Positions 1-10,860 of a stretch of 64,000 nt of DNA are shown in pieces. This stretch comes from Leucoraja ocellata (taxonomy: Eukaryota). The position numbers and the translations under genes are program-made. Numbering within the stretch: the first letter of the stretch is position 1; each line of letters starts with the position of its first letter. The notes below the pieces were generated by a model. That model did no database searches and was not told where the DNA came from. It saw nothing but the letters and a program-made list of their open reading frames with translations. The DNA lies in the NCBI GenBank assembly GCA_036785375.1, contig JAWMAR010000005.1, positions 496,001-560,000 of the forward strand, written 5' to 3'.

Positions 1-214
1 GTTTTTGAAACATTGTGATAATGCCACAGCTACCTCCTCTGGCAGCTCCTACCATACACCTACCACCCTTTGTGTAAAAACATTGTCCCTCAGGTTCCTG
101 TTAAATCTTTCCCACCTCACCTTAAATCTATGTCCTCTGGTTCTTGAAGTTACAGAGAAAAAAATCTTAAGATCGGCAATGAGATAATTTGGAAGATTGG
201 GCCGACACCCCAGC

Positions 215-520
215 TTAAGGGAGTTCTGTTCAGTAGTCTGATAACAGTGGGGAAGAGATTGTTCCTGAATCTGGTGGTATGTAGTTTCAAGCTTTTATAT
301 CTTCTGCCTGAAGAGAGAAGGAAGAAGAGGGAATAACTGGGGTAAAAAAGATCCTTGACTATGTTAGCTGCCTTCCCAAGGCAGCATGAAGTGTAGTTGT
401 AGTCGATGGGAGAGGGTGGCTGAATTGTAATAAACTGTAATCCACAACTCCACATTCTTGCAATCTTGTGTAGACGATGCCAAACCAAGCTGTGATGCAT
501 CTAGCTAGGATGCTTTCCAC
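215..520 (-). mobile_element. Rex1/Babar-like LINE 3' fragment
   Basis: GRRYKSLKLHTTRFRNNLFPTVIRLLN resembles the C-terminus of the RT ORF at 26634-27407. Confidence 0.6.
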
Positions 521-567
521 AATTCCAGCTAATCTTTAATGCAGTGCCAAACATTTGTGTCTCAATA

Positions 568-770
568 GACACAAAAAGCTGGAATAACTCCATGGGTCAA
601 ACAGCATCTCTGGAGAAAAGGAATAGGTGATGTTTCGGATCGAGACCCTTCTTTGGTCTGAAGATGTGTCTCACCCAAAATGTCACCTAATTTTCCATAA
701 ATGCTCCCTGTTACTACAGCTTTTTGTATCTATCTTTGGTGTAAATCAGCATCTGCAGTTTCTTCCAACA
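568..770. repeat. Penelope-derived inverted (hairpin) repeat
   Basis: gacacaaaaagctgg...cgagacccttc / ctgaag...cagctttttgtatc inverted arms. The same family recurs at 10617-10860, 12985-13105 and 54285-54830. Confidence 0.55.
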
Positions 771-1084
771 CCCTTGTGTCTTTATGAGCCTTTTGTCACT
801 TTTGGTGTCTCTAAATGCTTTTTACAGACACCAATTGCTCCCTATGGACTGCTCTAACTCATTAACTAATATCTGCAAATGAATAATACAAAAAAAGACA
901 AAACCAATGCCCCCAAGTCTAAGTAGTTCTGAGCCTATTTGGAGGATGTAATGTTTAATAGTCTGTGGGTGCAGGGAAGAAGCTGTTCCTGAACCTGGAC
1001 ATTTACAATTTTCAGGATCTTATATCTTCTTCCTGATGGCAGGAGTGAAATGCGCGTGTGGCCAGGGTAGTGATGCTGGCTTTA

Positions 1085-2036
1085 TTTAGATGAAGGGATT
1101 AAAAGTAACATTAGCAAATTTGCAGATGACACAAAGCTGGGTGGCAGTGTGAACTGTGAGGAGGATGCTATGAGAATGCATGGTGACTTGGACAGGTTGG
1201 GTGAGTGGGCAGGTGCAGTTTAATGTGAATAAATGTGAGGTTATCCACTTTGGTAGCAAAAACAGGAAGGCAATTACTATCTTAAATGGTGTCAACTTGG
1301 GAAAAGGGGAAGTACAATGGTATCCGGGCGTCCTTGTTCATCAGTCAATTAAAGTAAGCATGCATGTACAGCAGGCAGTGAAGAAAGCGAATGGCATGTT
1401 GGCCTTCATAACAAGAGTTGAATATAGGAGCAAAGAGGTCCTTCTGCCGTTGTATAGGCCCCTAGTACGACCACACCTGGAGTATTGTGTGCAGTTTTGG
1501 TCCCCTAATTTGAGGAAGGATATTCTTGCTATTGAGGGAGTACAGCGTCGGTTTACAAGGTTAATTCCTGGGATGGTGAGGCTGTCATATGCTGAGAGAA
1601 TGGAGCGGCTGGGCTTGCATACTCTGGAGTTTAGAAGGATGAGAGTGGATCTTCTTGAACCATATAACATTATTACGGGTTTGGACACGCTAGAGGCAGG
1701 AAACATGTTCCTTATGTTGGGGGAGTCCAGAACCAGGGGCCACAGTTTAAGAATAAGGTGTAAGCCATTTAGAACAGAGATGAGGAAACACTTTTTCTCA
1801 CAGAGAGTTGTGAGTCTGTGCAATCTCTGCCTCAGAGGGTGGTGGAGGCCAGTTCTCTGGATACTTTCAATAGAGAGCTAGATAGGGTACTAAAGGATAG
1901 CAGAGTCAGGCGATATGGGGAGAAGGCAGGAACGGGGTACTGATTGCGGATGAACAGCCATGATCACATTGTATGGGGGTGCTGGCTCGAAGGATCGAAT
2001 GGCCTACTCCTGCACCTATTATCTGTTGTCTATTGC
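1085..2036 (+). mobile_element. CR1 LINE 3' portion (RT C-terminus + 3' UTR)
   Basis: [31 protein letters not shown] motifs. Confidence 0.9.
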
Positions 2037-2694
2037 CTTTTTGAGGCAGCGATGCCTGTAAATTCCTTTGATATGGGGAGAACCGACGATGGACTGGGCA
2101 GCGTTCACCAGTTTTATGCAATCTTCTTCACTCCTGGGTGTTTGAGTGGCCGAACCCTGATGCCAGCAGTCAATATGCTCTCAACTGTATATCTGTAGAA
2201 GTTCAAGAGTTAAAATGGACTTGCAAGTTCCTTTCTCTAACTGTTATTGCAGTTGTATTTAAGCAATGAGGAACACCGTTATTTCGAAACATGTTTCAAA
2301 ATATGGATTGTAAGGTCTCTGTCTTTAGGTAACTAGGGTGCTAGGGAAAGTTTAAACATTCTCTAAGTGTTGGGGAAATTCAGGAGAAATCGTGGCAGGC
2401 TATCCACCATTGCGCCCATCAACCAGATTGTTTATTGCAGTGCAGGATAGATGTCAAGAGTCAAGAGTCCCAGATAGAACAACTTTCTTCATTTCAGCAG
2501 CACAACAGAATATGTAAACAAAGTATACTGTAAACAAAATAATAAACGAGAAAAAAAGGTTCAGTGCGTATATATGTACAAATATATCTGATGAAGGATC
2601 TCGACCTGAAACATCGCATCTGAAGAAGGGTCTCGATCTGAAAATTCACCCATTCCTTCTCTCCAGAGAGGCTGCTTGCCCCACTGAGTTACTC

Positions 2695-2843
2695 NNNNNN
2701 NNNNNNNNNNNNNNNNNNNNNNNNNNNNNNNNNNNNNNNNNNNNNNNNNNNNNNNNNNNNNNNNNNNNNNNNNNNNNNNNNNNNNNNNNNNNNNNNNNNN
2801 NNNNNNNNNNNNNNNNNNNNNNNNNNNNNNNNNNNNNNNNNNN
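2695..2843. other. Assembly gap (149 N)
   Basis: Run of n. Confidence 1.
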
Positions 2844-2915
2844 ATAGTGCAAAAAAACAAAACCAATGCCCCCAGGTCTATGTAGTTCAGAGCTTATTTG
2901 GAGGGTGTAGTGTTT

Positions 2916-5900
2916 AATAGTAGGATTAAACGAGTACTTACCAGTATGAAGTTTGATCTGTATTTTATGAGGAGTTACGGTGAGGTATTACGTGAAGAAC
3001 CCAGCTCTACTGCGCATGCGGCATACTTCGAAGCAGCGGTGTGAAATCACAGGATAGACACAATATTTGAAGTAAGATAGTAAAGATCACGAGACATCAG
3101 TTTATTAGTTTGATCTATATAATGAGGGTGGGAGCGGCGGGCACGTAATACCTCACCGTAACTCCTCATAAAATACAGATCAAACTTCATACTGGTAAGT
3201 ACTCGTTTAATCCTACTATTTTACTTCGGAGTCACGTGAGTGATTCCGTGAAGACTTCAAAGGTCTGTGATTTCAAACCGTGTAACAGTTTTTATTTCAC
3301 TCACTGCCGAAGTTTATGAGGGAGGAAGTGTTATCGTAATCAACCAGTGGATCTGCTTTCAAAAGAAACAGAAAGGTATTTGTTAACAATAACAACATAA
3401 AGAGCTCCTCTGAGCTTAAATTAATATTGCAGTTTGTAATATTCTTCTGCAATTAAATTAGGTTTATCAACGGTTTATAATAAAAAATGTTCAGAACGTC
3501 GTTCCCTTGACCATCCTGCTGTATTGAAAATGTGGTCAACCGGGATGTCCATTCGTTCAGCCGCTGATACCAATGCTGCCCTAGTGGAATGGGATTAAAT
3601 GTATTATTATCTATTCTGGCAGCTTTCAGTACCTGTTTGAGCCACCTTGGAGTGGTTTGGCTCGTACCCCGTCTTGGGTTACTGTGGTTGACCCATAGGC
3701 TTTCCTCTCCCTCTAAGATTGTGTGTTGTGTCTATATATAGTAGTAGATGGGTCACCACACTCAACCTGGACTCTGGTGGGTAGGCCCGGAACCCCACCA
3801 GTGAATTGGGCGTTCCTGGTCCATATAGCCATATAACGACTACAGCACGGAAAACACAGGCGATCTCGACCCTACTAGTTCGTGCCGAACTCATAATCTC
3901 GCCTAGTCCCAAATACCTGCGAGTTAGATTTTACCAGACCTAAATATGAACGTGATGCGTCCGGGGTAATCACCATGTATCTAGTCTAGTTTATGGAGTG
4001 ACCGGACTCTGTGAGCGTGTACGAGAGCCATAAGCATGAGCGTTTTTTTAAACATAGATTAAGCAAGCTGAGGGATCTGGCTGGTGCCATTCTCTGAGAT
4101 ATGTCAATATCACACCAATATCCCATACATGGGTATATACCTGGGTGTTTGGGGCTTATATTATAGTTGCCCTTCATAAGTTTACCTTCAGTGGATGGGA
4201 TCCCATGCTCCGCTGTCATGCTGTTTTAGATAAGCAGATAAGGCGCTTCATGCTGTATTTACGGCATTGTAACTCACCTTTTGGTCATGGTGTAGATGTT
4301 CCAGGAACTCCAATACGTCAGTGGTTGAATAATTCGGTATGTTGTCCCTGCGTCATGGCAGTATTTTACCCATGTTAGCTTTTAGTGACTGTTCGCAGGG
4401 ATGCCGACATGGTGGTCCCTTGGATAATCCCAGTCCCTGGTAAGGTCTATTCAAACCCTGCACCCAGGAGTTTGATGTTTCCCTGGCATGGGTGGCTTGT
4501 GCCTGATACTGGGTTGAGTCAGCAACCATGGTCCACTAGGGAAATCCATAGGTGACTCGCCCACCGTGTCGTGATGAACTGGGAACCATGGCTGTGTAGG
4601 CCGGTCGGGCACGTTCAATATCTCGGAGACTCCCATCTGTATTCCGAAGTGCCCGTCTGATGAGGCAGAAGGGAGGAAGGCAAAGCAGAAATTCCCCCTT
4701 CCAGCGTGTAGGCATCTATCGCTGCTGCCTCTAATCTGGTTCCCAAGTCACATACATAGGTTACTGGTGATTCCTTCTTGTGCAACCAAATTGATATCTG
4801 GCTTTCAAACTACTTAATACCTTTAGCAGATATTTTGGGTTTAACATCTATTCAATGTAATCATAAATTTACCCCGTGACCTGGTGTCTCCCACTGTGTT
4901 CTAGCTTCCTAGGACATAGGCAGCTGATAGTTAAAATGTCTTTTGACACACCATTGCCAGATTTGTTTGACCAATTTGATGCACAACAATGATTATTATG
5001 CTCCCCATATGGTTGATATAAGCCACCACCATAGTATTATCAATCCGTAACCACATATGTACGTGCTGCATTTGAAATGCATATGTTTTTTAGCCCAATA
5101 GGCGCTCACCAATCCCAAGTAGTTGATGCCCGGTATGTGTAGTAACGATGTTTGTGAATTGGTCCATCTGTTACCTGTGCTGGATATGGAGTTTAGTTGC
5201 TCCCCAGCCTAAAGTATTGGCATCGGTTTTTAATAACCAAATTGGGATTGGTGATGATAATAGGGCTGAAAACTATGCCAAATAGATGTCTACCCACCAC
5301 CTTAGTTGTGATATAGCTTCAGTGGGTACATTCATGATTTGATTATAGTGACCCAAGTACCTTGGCAAAGTAACAGTCATATGGACGGAATTATAATTGA
5401 AGCCCAGATAATCCTTGGTAGTTAACGCTTCAATTCTGGTTTATCTGGGCATGGGATAAACCTCAGAGCTTTAGGGAGCTGTTTCGTAGCTAGAACTGCT
5501 GCCACAGCTAATTCCTTTGTTTCCCCTAATATGAGGATATCATCCAATATATGCCATGATTATGCTTGTTTTCTTAATATTTTCATGGCCGTTTGATATT
5601 TATAATAGATTTAGGGCAGAAGTTAGACCATAGGGACTGCTCTATGCTCCCATGGTTGCCCTAACCGGGATATCCATTATCCAGGTAAAATTTTTAGGTA
5701 TCTATAATGATCCTAGTGTATGGGTATAAGATAGTTAGCATCTTCCATATCAATGCTCCCCTTAGGTATCCTTGGGAGATCAGATGCCTGGCAGTGACAA
5801 AAACCCATCTCCATCTTAAAGTGTATATATACTCAACAGATTTATTTAGTGATATTAGATCAATGATGATGCTACATTCACCATCTTTTGTAGTTTCCAA

Positions 5901-7623
5901 TGGTTCATGTTTACTCCCATGATCCGTTTAGTAATGAGCCTTTCTAGTTCAGCTTGACCTTCTCACTTCTCTTTTCTTAGAGGGAGAAAGTGCCCTTTGG
6001 GCGCATTGCTGAACTGGCGGTAATATGCCCAATTTGAATTCGTTTTTATCCTCTAATACTGTTGAGTATATTTTAGTTATTTGTGACAGCATCCCATGCT
6101 TTATTAACAAGTGTAAATGCCCCCCCCCCCCCCCCCGCAGTTAGTAGAACACCCTTGTTTAGTGTAAACTGGGAGGAACCAGACTACCTACCTCCATGTT
6201 TGTTGTTTTTTCATGAAGGCGTAGTTTGCTGGTATGCTGGTGCTGTCGGTGGGGCGGCGCATCTTCCCACGGCTCCGCTCTGGGCCCCGTCTAAAAAGAA
6301 CTTTGGGGGTAATGTGAAGCGGTCGCCAGGCTTTCACCAGTCCTTGTTTGATATCGCTGGTGGATGCCGAGGGGTGCTGCCAGCTGGGTGTTGGATGCGA
6401 TGTCCTGCTCGTTCCATGGCCTGCCTTCATGAGGCGCACAGGTTTAGCTGCCTCTCTTCCCGCAGCAGCGGTTTGCATAGCCCCATATATTTGGGGTTGC
6501 GGGCAGGTCTATATGCACCATTGTTCAGTCGAGTATCCCAAATTTGGGAACATCTTAGGCGTCAGCACCCTGGTAGTGCAATGGGATAGTCTCATCCTGG
6601 GAGAGTATAATCCGTAGAAAAAACGAGCAAAGGCGGTAACATCTTGACCCTTCTGTAGAATTCGCTGCTTGTCTGCGAGTCCGCTGACCCAGCTGCCTGC
6701 GGATTTGCCTCTGGAAAGGCCTGCTCCTGCAGGGCTTTGTTGGGAAGATGGTCGCGTGGAGGAGCCATGTAGTGGCCCACGACACCCAGTAGCTCTTCCT
6801 GATCCTGCTCCCCTGGCATACTGCTGTTCTCGTCCGCCTGCCCAGCGTTTAAGCCAGCCCAGCCCTGGCCTCCTTAGCTAGCCTCAAAAGAGGGAGCAAA
6901 AGGGTGTGCTATAAATTGGAGGAGGCATAGCTCAAACTCCGCTGTTGCATCAATCCCTCGACAAGGGAGATGGCTAGTGCAATAGCACTGGGGTAGGAGT
7001 CAGCTCCCTTGGCATTCAGCCAGTGCCCCTTTATTCCTGGAGGTGAACTCCATGACCTCCTCTGGCTTGGGGAGACAGACATACTTATTTTGCTGTCTCC
7101 AACCTGTTCCAGTTTTGGAGGAAGTTGGCTCCTGTAGAACCTGTTGAATTGGGAAGATTTTTCTCTTACCTGTATGTAGAGGCTGCCTGCCGTTTTCCAG
7201 GCGGCATTGTGGCGGTTCCCGGGCGGCGATTCTCTTTGTCAGGAGTCTGCAGGGCTGCCGGTCGGGTTTTTAAAACTTCCCGCCGGTCCGCTGCTGTTAC
7301 CAAACAGCTGTTCAGCGGACCGGCATTAGCGCAGCTCCTTGCAGCGGTCCGCAGCGTTTGCGGTCCGGGTAGCGCCTTTTCCCCGTCCACTGTCGGCTCC
7401 ACGCTGGAGTCGAAACAGGGCCGCTCACCATGCCTCTCTACTTTGCTCCCCCTGGAGCAAAAACCACAAGGCCCGATTAAGGTAAGTACTTACCTCTCGT
7501 CCTTGGATGCGGGAGCTGCCCGACTCCCGCTGGCCGCGTTCTGCATAGCTGTGCGTAATGCCGCATGCGCAGTAGAGCTGGGTTCTTCACGGAATCACTC
7601 ACGTGACTCCGAAGTAAAATAGT
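2916..7623 (-). mobile_element. DIRS1-type tyrosine-recombinase retrotransposon; termini intact, ORFs decayed
   Basis: 34-bp ITRs (2991-3024 / 7558-7591) and an ICR at 3142-3254 complementary to both termini. Minus-strand remnants: YR (SHSTRAA...AGWS, about 3500-3600), methyltransferase-like (PDRPTQPWFP, about 4580-4610), RT (frameshifted AYLDDILI, about 5530-5555). Confidence 0.88.
3142..3254. repeat. DIRS internal complementary region (ICR)
   Basis: 3142-3220 is the perfect reverse complement of 2916-2994, and 3215-3254 is the reverse complement of 7584-7623. Confidence 0.9.
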
Positions 7624-8109
7624 CTGATAGCTGTCGGAAAGAAACTGCTCCTGAACCTGGACCTCATGGATACAGCAAGATTTGGATCAGTCGGATAGTT
7701 TGGCAGAGGCATGATAGATGGCGTTCAATACAGAGAAGTGTATGATGCTGCACTTCAGAGGTCAAATGTAACAGGAACAAATAAAGTAAATGGCAGAGAA
7801 AGACACAAGGTGTTGGAGTAACTCAGCTGATCACGCAGTATCTCTGGAGATAAAGGATGGGTGACGTTTAAGTTGGGACACTTCTTCAGATTGAAAGTAG
7901 GACTAAAAGAGGATCATTAATGTACAGAGGATTCTTGGGGTCCAAGTCCATAGCTCCCTGAAGGTGGCAACACAGTGAGTAGGTGGTAAAAAAGTTGTAC
8001 GGTATACAGATAGAGAGCTTAGTAACATCCTAACTATACTTACCAGCGATCGCCTGCTGTAAAGCCAGGTACTTTTGTACCACGTCCAGGAGAAGGATCT
8101 GATCATGAT

Positions 8110-8880
8110 TGTTTATTATTTATAGAAGCCACTTCTGCTCTCCGGCTGGATTTACACAATCATCCGATTGATAATCCTGACTTGGTCCGATTTACTGATG
8201 GCTCTTCACACCGACCTAGCGATAACAGATTATCAGCAGGCTATACGGTGATTGCTCCCCACCAAGTGCTGGAGGCATATGCTTTACCGTCTGGAACGTC
8301 TGCTCAAAAAGCTGAGCTGTATGCCCTGGCTCATGTGTGCATATTGGCAAAAGATGCTAATATCTACACCAATTCTCGCTCTGCGTTTGGGGTTGTACAT
8401 GACTTTGGGCAGTTATGGGAAAATAGAGGATTCATCACATTAACGGGAAAGACCATTACGCATGATAAACTGGTTTTAGATTTTACTGGATACGATCCAA
8501 TTGCCACAGCAGATCACAGTCATTAAATGCGAGGCTTATACATCGTCGGACGATGATGTATCCAATGGAAACAGGTCAGCTGATTATGTCACCAAACAGG
8601 TTGCCCTCAGGAAAACGCCGCAATTCCAAGCAACTAAAATTGAGTCTGCTGCACAAGGAAATCTCCCGGCTAGCATTGATCAGGCCCAGTTACAGGATGC
8701 CCAAAGCCTAGCATCACTCCAGGAAAATAATTCCAGGAGCAAAGCAGCAAGACCCTATTGTCTGGGTCCACCCTGATGGCTCACATCATGGAAAAGGGGG
8801 GGATGACATTCGCATTGTTCCAACAATGACATGCACCAGGTATAACAGTTGCAAAAACGTCTGATGTGTCAACAAAATAT
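8110..8880 (+). mobile_element. Endogenous retrovirus pol fragment (RNase H plus start of integrase), frameshifted
   Basis: FTDGSS...AGY...LPSGTSAQKAELYAL...NIYTNSRSAFGVVHDFGQLWENRGFIT...GNRSAD, then SHHGKGGM at about 8780. Class I (gamma/epsilon-like) pattern. Confidence 0.8.
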
Positions 8881-9479
8881 TTCCTGGTACCTGGGATTAG
8901 TGGTGGGGGGGGCGTATTTAATGCCATGCAATGCATTTGCTTATTTTCTCAGCTGGTTTTGACAAGATACTGTAAATACTGGCCTTTTGGATTCTGCAGT
9001 CTTTGCAGAGCTCAATGAAGTCTGCTGACCAATTGACTGTACGGATTGCTACTCAATTGCCAACAGTATAGGATGGGCGCATTTTGAGCTTGTTTTTCCT
9101 TATTAATTAAATTAACAATTGATGGGTCTGAATTTGAGGTACCTGTACTCCCATAAACATATCATCTGCAGTGCACAGAGCCTGTCTTCCCAGTAACGGC
9201 AGTGGGTCTGTTCTACAGATTATAAAAATATCAGTGCGGGACTGGATACCATCCCTGTTGGGCATTCCCTTGCTGTTACTCCAGAGGGACGTAAGAGTTA
9301 TTTTGTCCTTTAATCTTAAAATTATATACAGCAGTACAACTATAAATGACAACACTACAACCTGCTTTTGTGTTCTAGACTCAGGACCCTTATTTTCCTC
9401 TTTGTTTATCACCTGCTCCCTCCTTCTTTGGGAGTTGGTGTATTTTCACTATCTCTATCCATTTCTTCATCATAGATAA

Positions 9480-9610
9480 CTTAAAGGTTCCCCCGTACGG
9501 CAAATCTCCGTTTGACCAATCATACAGATCGCTACTAAAAGTTATCACGTACAGTATCGATCATCTCTGGTCTCTTTTATTCCAACGTCAGCTGGTGATC
9601 CCGGCGTGAT
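9480..9610 (+). mobile_element. Possible LTR 3' end with tRNA-Trp primer-binding site
   Basis: TGGTGATCCCGGCGTGAT at 9593-9610 matches the tRNA-Trp PBS TGGTGACCCCGACGTGAT at 16/18, preceded by ...ttattccaacgtca. Confidence 0.4.
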
Positions 9611-9754
9611 GGGGTAGATGCTTAGATGTTTGCACTTGTGAGAGAATCTGAGAGAAACTGAGGGAACATAAAACATTACAATAAATGCTTGCTTATTTAA
9701 AACACTAAGGTGTGTAGACATTTTTGCAGAGAGCAGTGAATTTCTGAAATTGGA

Positions 9755-10052
9755 CGGCACGTTGCTGCCTTACCTCGCTAGTAGCGCCAGAGACCTGGAT
9801 TGATCACGACTGCGGGTGCTGTCTGTAGAGAGTTTGTACGTTCTCCCTGTTACCGCATGGGTTTTTTCAGAGATCTTCGGTTTTCTCCCACACTCCAAAG
9901 GCATACAGGTGTGTAGATTAATTGCCTTGGTTTAAGTGTAAATTGTCCCTAGTTTATTTAGGATAGTGTTAATGAGAGGGATCGCTGGTTGGTGCAGACT
10001 CAGTGGGCTGAAGGCCCTGTTTCCGCTCTGTATCTCTAAACTACACTAAACT
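9755..10052 (+). mobile_element. tRNA-derived V-SINE (HE1-like)
   Basis: tRNA-like head, V-domain gagtttgtacgttctccc, (CTAAA)n tail. Related copies at 13790-14020(-), 17700-17890(-), 36770-36990, 49857-50150, 57910-58160(-) and 63343-63670. Confidence 0.7.
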
Positions 10053-10616
10053 CTGCCTCAGGGAGTTGTAGAAGCTAGACAATTTAAAGTACTTAAAGTG
10101 GAGGGAGACAACCTTTTGAGGGATCGGGAGGATTGAGGTCGATTGTGCACAGAGGATGAGATGAGTTCTGGGCTGATCAGCCATGATCATATTGAATGGT
10201 GAGGGAAGCTTGAGGGGCCTGGATAGGAATTACCTACTTCTCTTTGTTGAGGGATCAAAACACAGGGTTTGGATTAGAGCATTAGAGGCATGATGTTGGG
10301 AGAAATATCAGCAGAGTGGGAGGGGTTGAGAAGTAGCTGCTTGAGTGAAACAGGATGACAGATGCTGAGAGAATTTTTGAATGGAAGGCTCTGTGGATTG
10401 GTTCTCCCCAGCCTCTTGCTTCTTGTGAGCTTTAGAAATTATTCTTTTGATTTTAACATAAAATACTAAATTTATAAAGCTTGCAGTTAATATCAAAAAT
10501 TGGCAGTGTTACTGATAGTGAAGAAGAATGTTTGCTACCACTGGAGGGCAGCACTAGATTGTCCATTGATTGGGTGGCATGTGGAATTCAATCCAGATAA
10601 ATGTGAAGTCATCAAT

Positions 10617-10860
10617 GGACACAACATGCTGCAATAACTCAGTGGGTCAGGCAGCATCTCTGGAGAAATGGATAGGTGACAATTCGGGTCGAGACCCTTC
10701 TTCAGACCAACTTCAGAGCTTCTTCGTGCCTGAAGAAGGGTCTCAACCCAAAATGACATCTGTTCCTTTTCTCCAAAGATGCTTCCTGACCTGCTGAGCT
10801 ACCACAACATTTTGTGTCTATCTTTGGTGTAAACCAGCATCTGCAGTTCCTTCCAACACT
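10617..10860. repeat. Penelope-derived inverted (hairpin) repeat
   Basis: Arm ...gagacccttcttcag pairs with ctgaagaagggtctc...; the flanks are reverse complementary. Confidence 0.6.

Noticed and set aside
2916-3254. Long perfect hairpin as a possible structured ncRNA
   Set aside because: Fully explained as the DIRS terminus pairing with its ICR.
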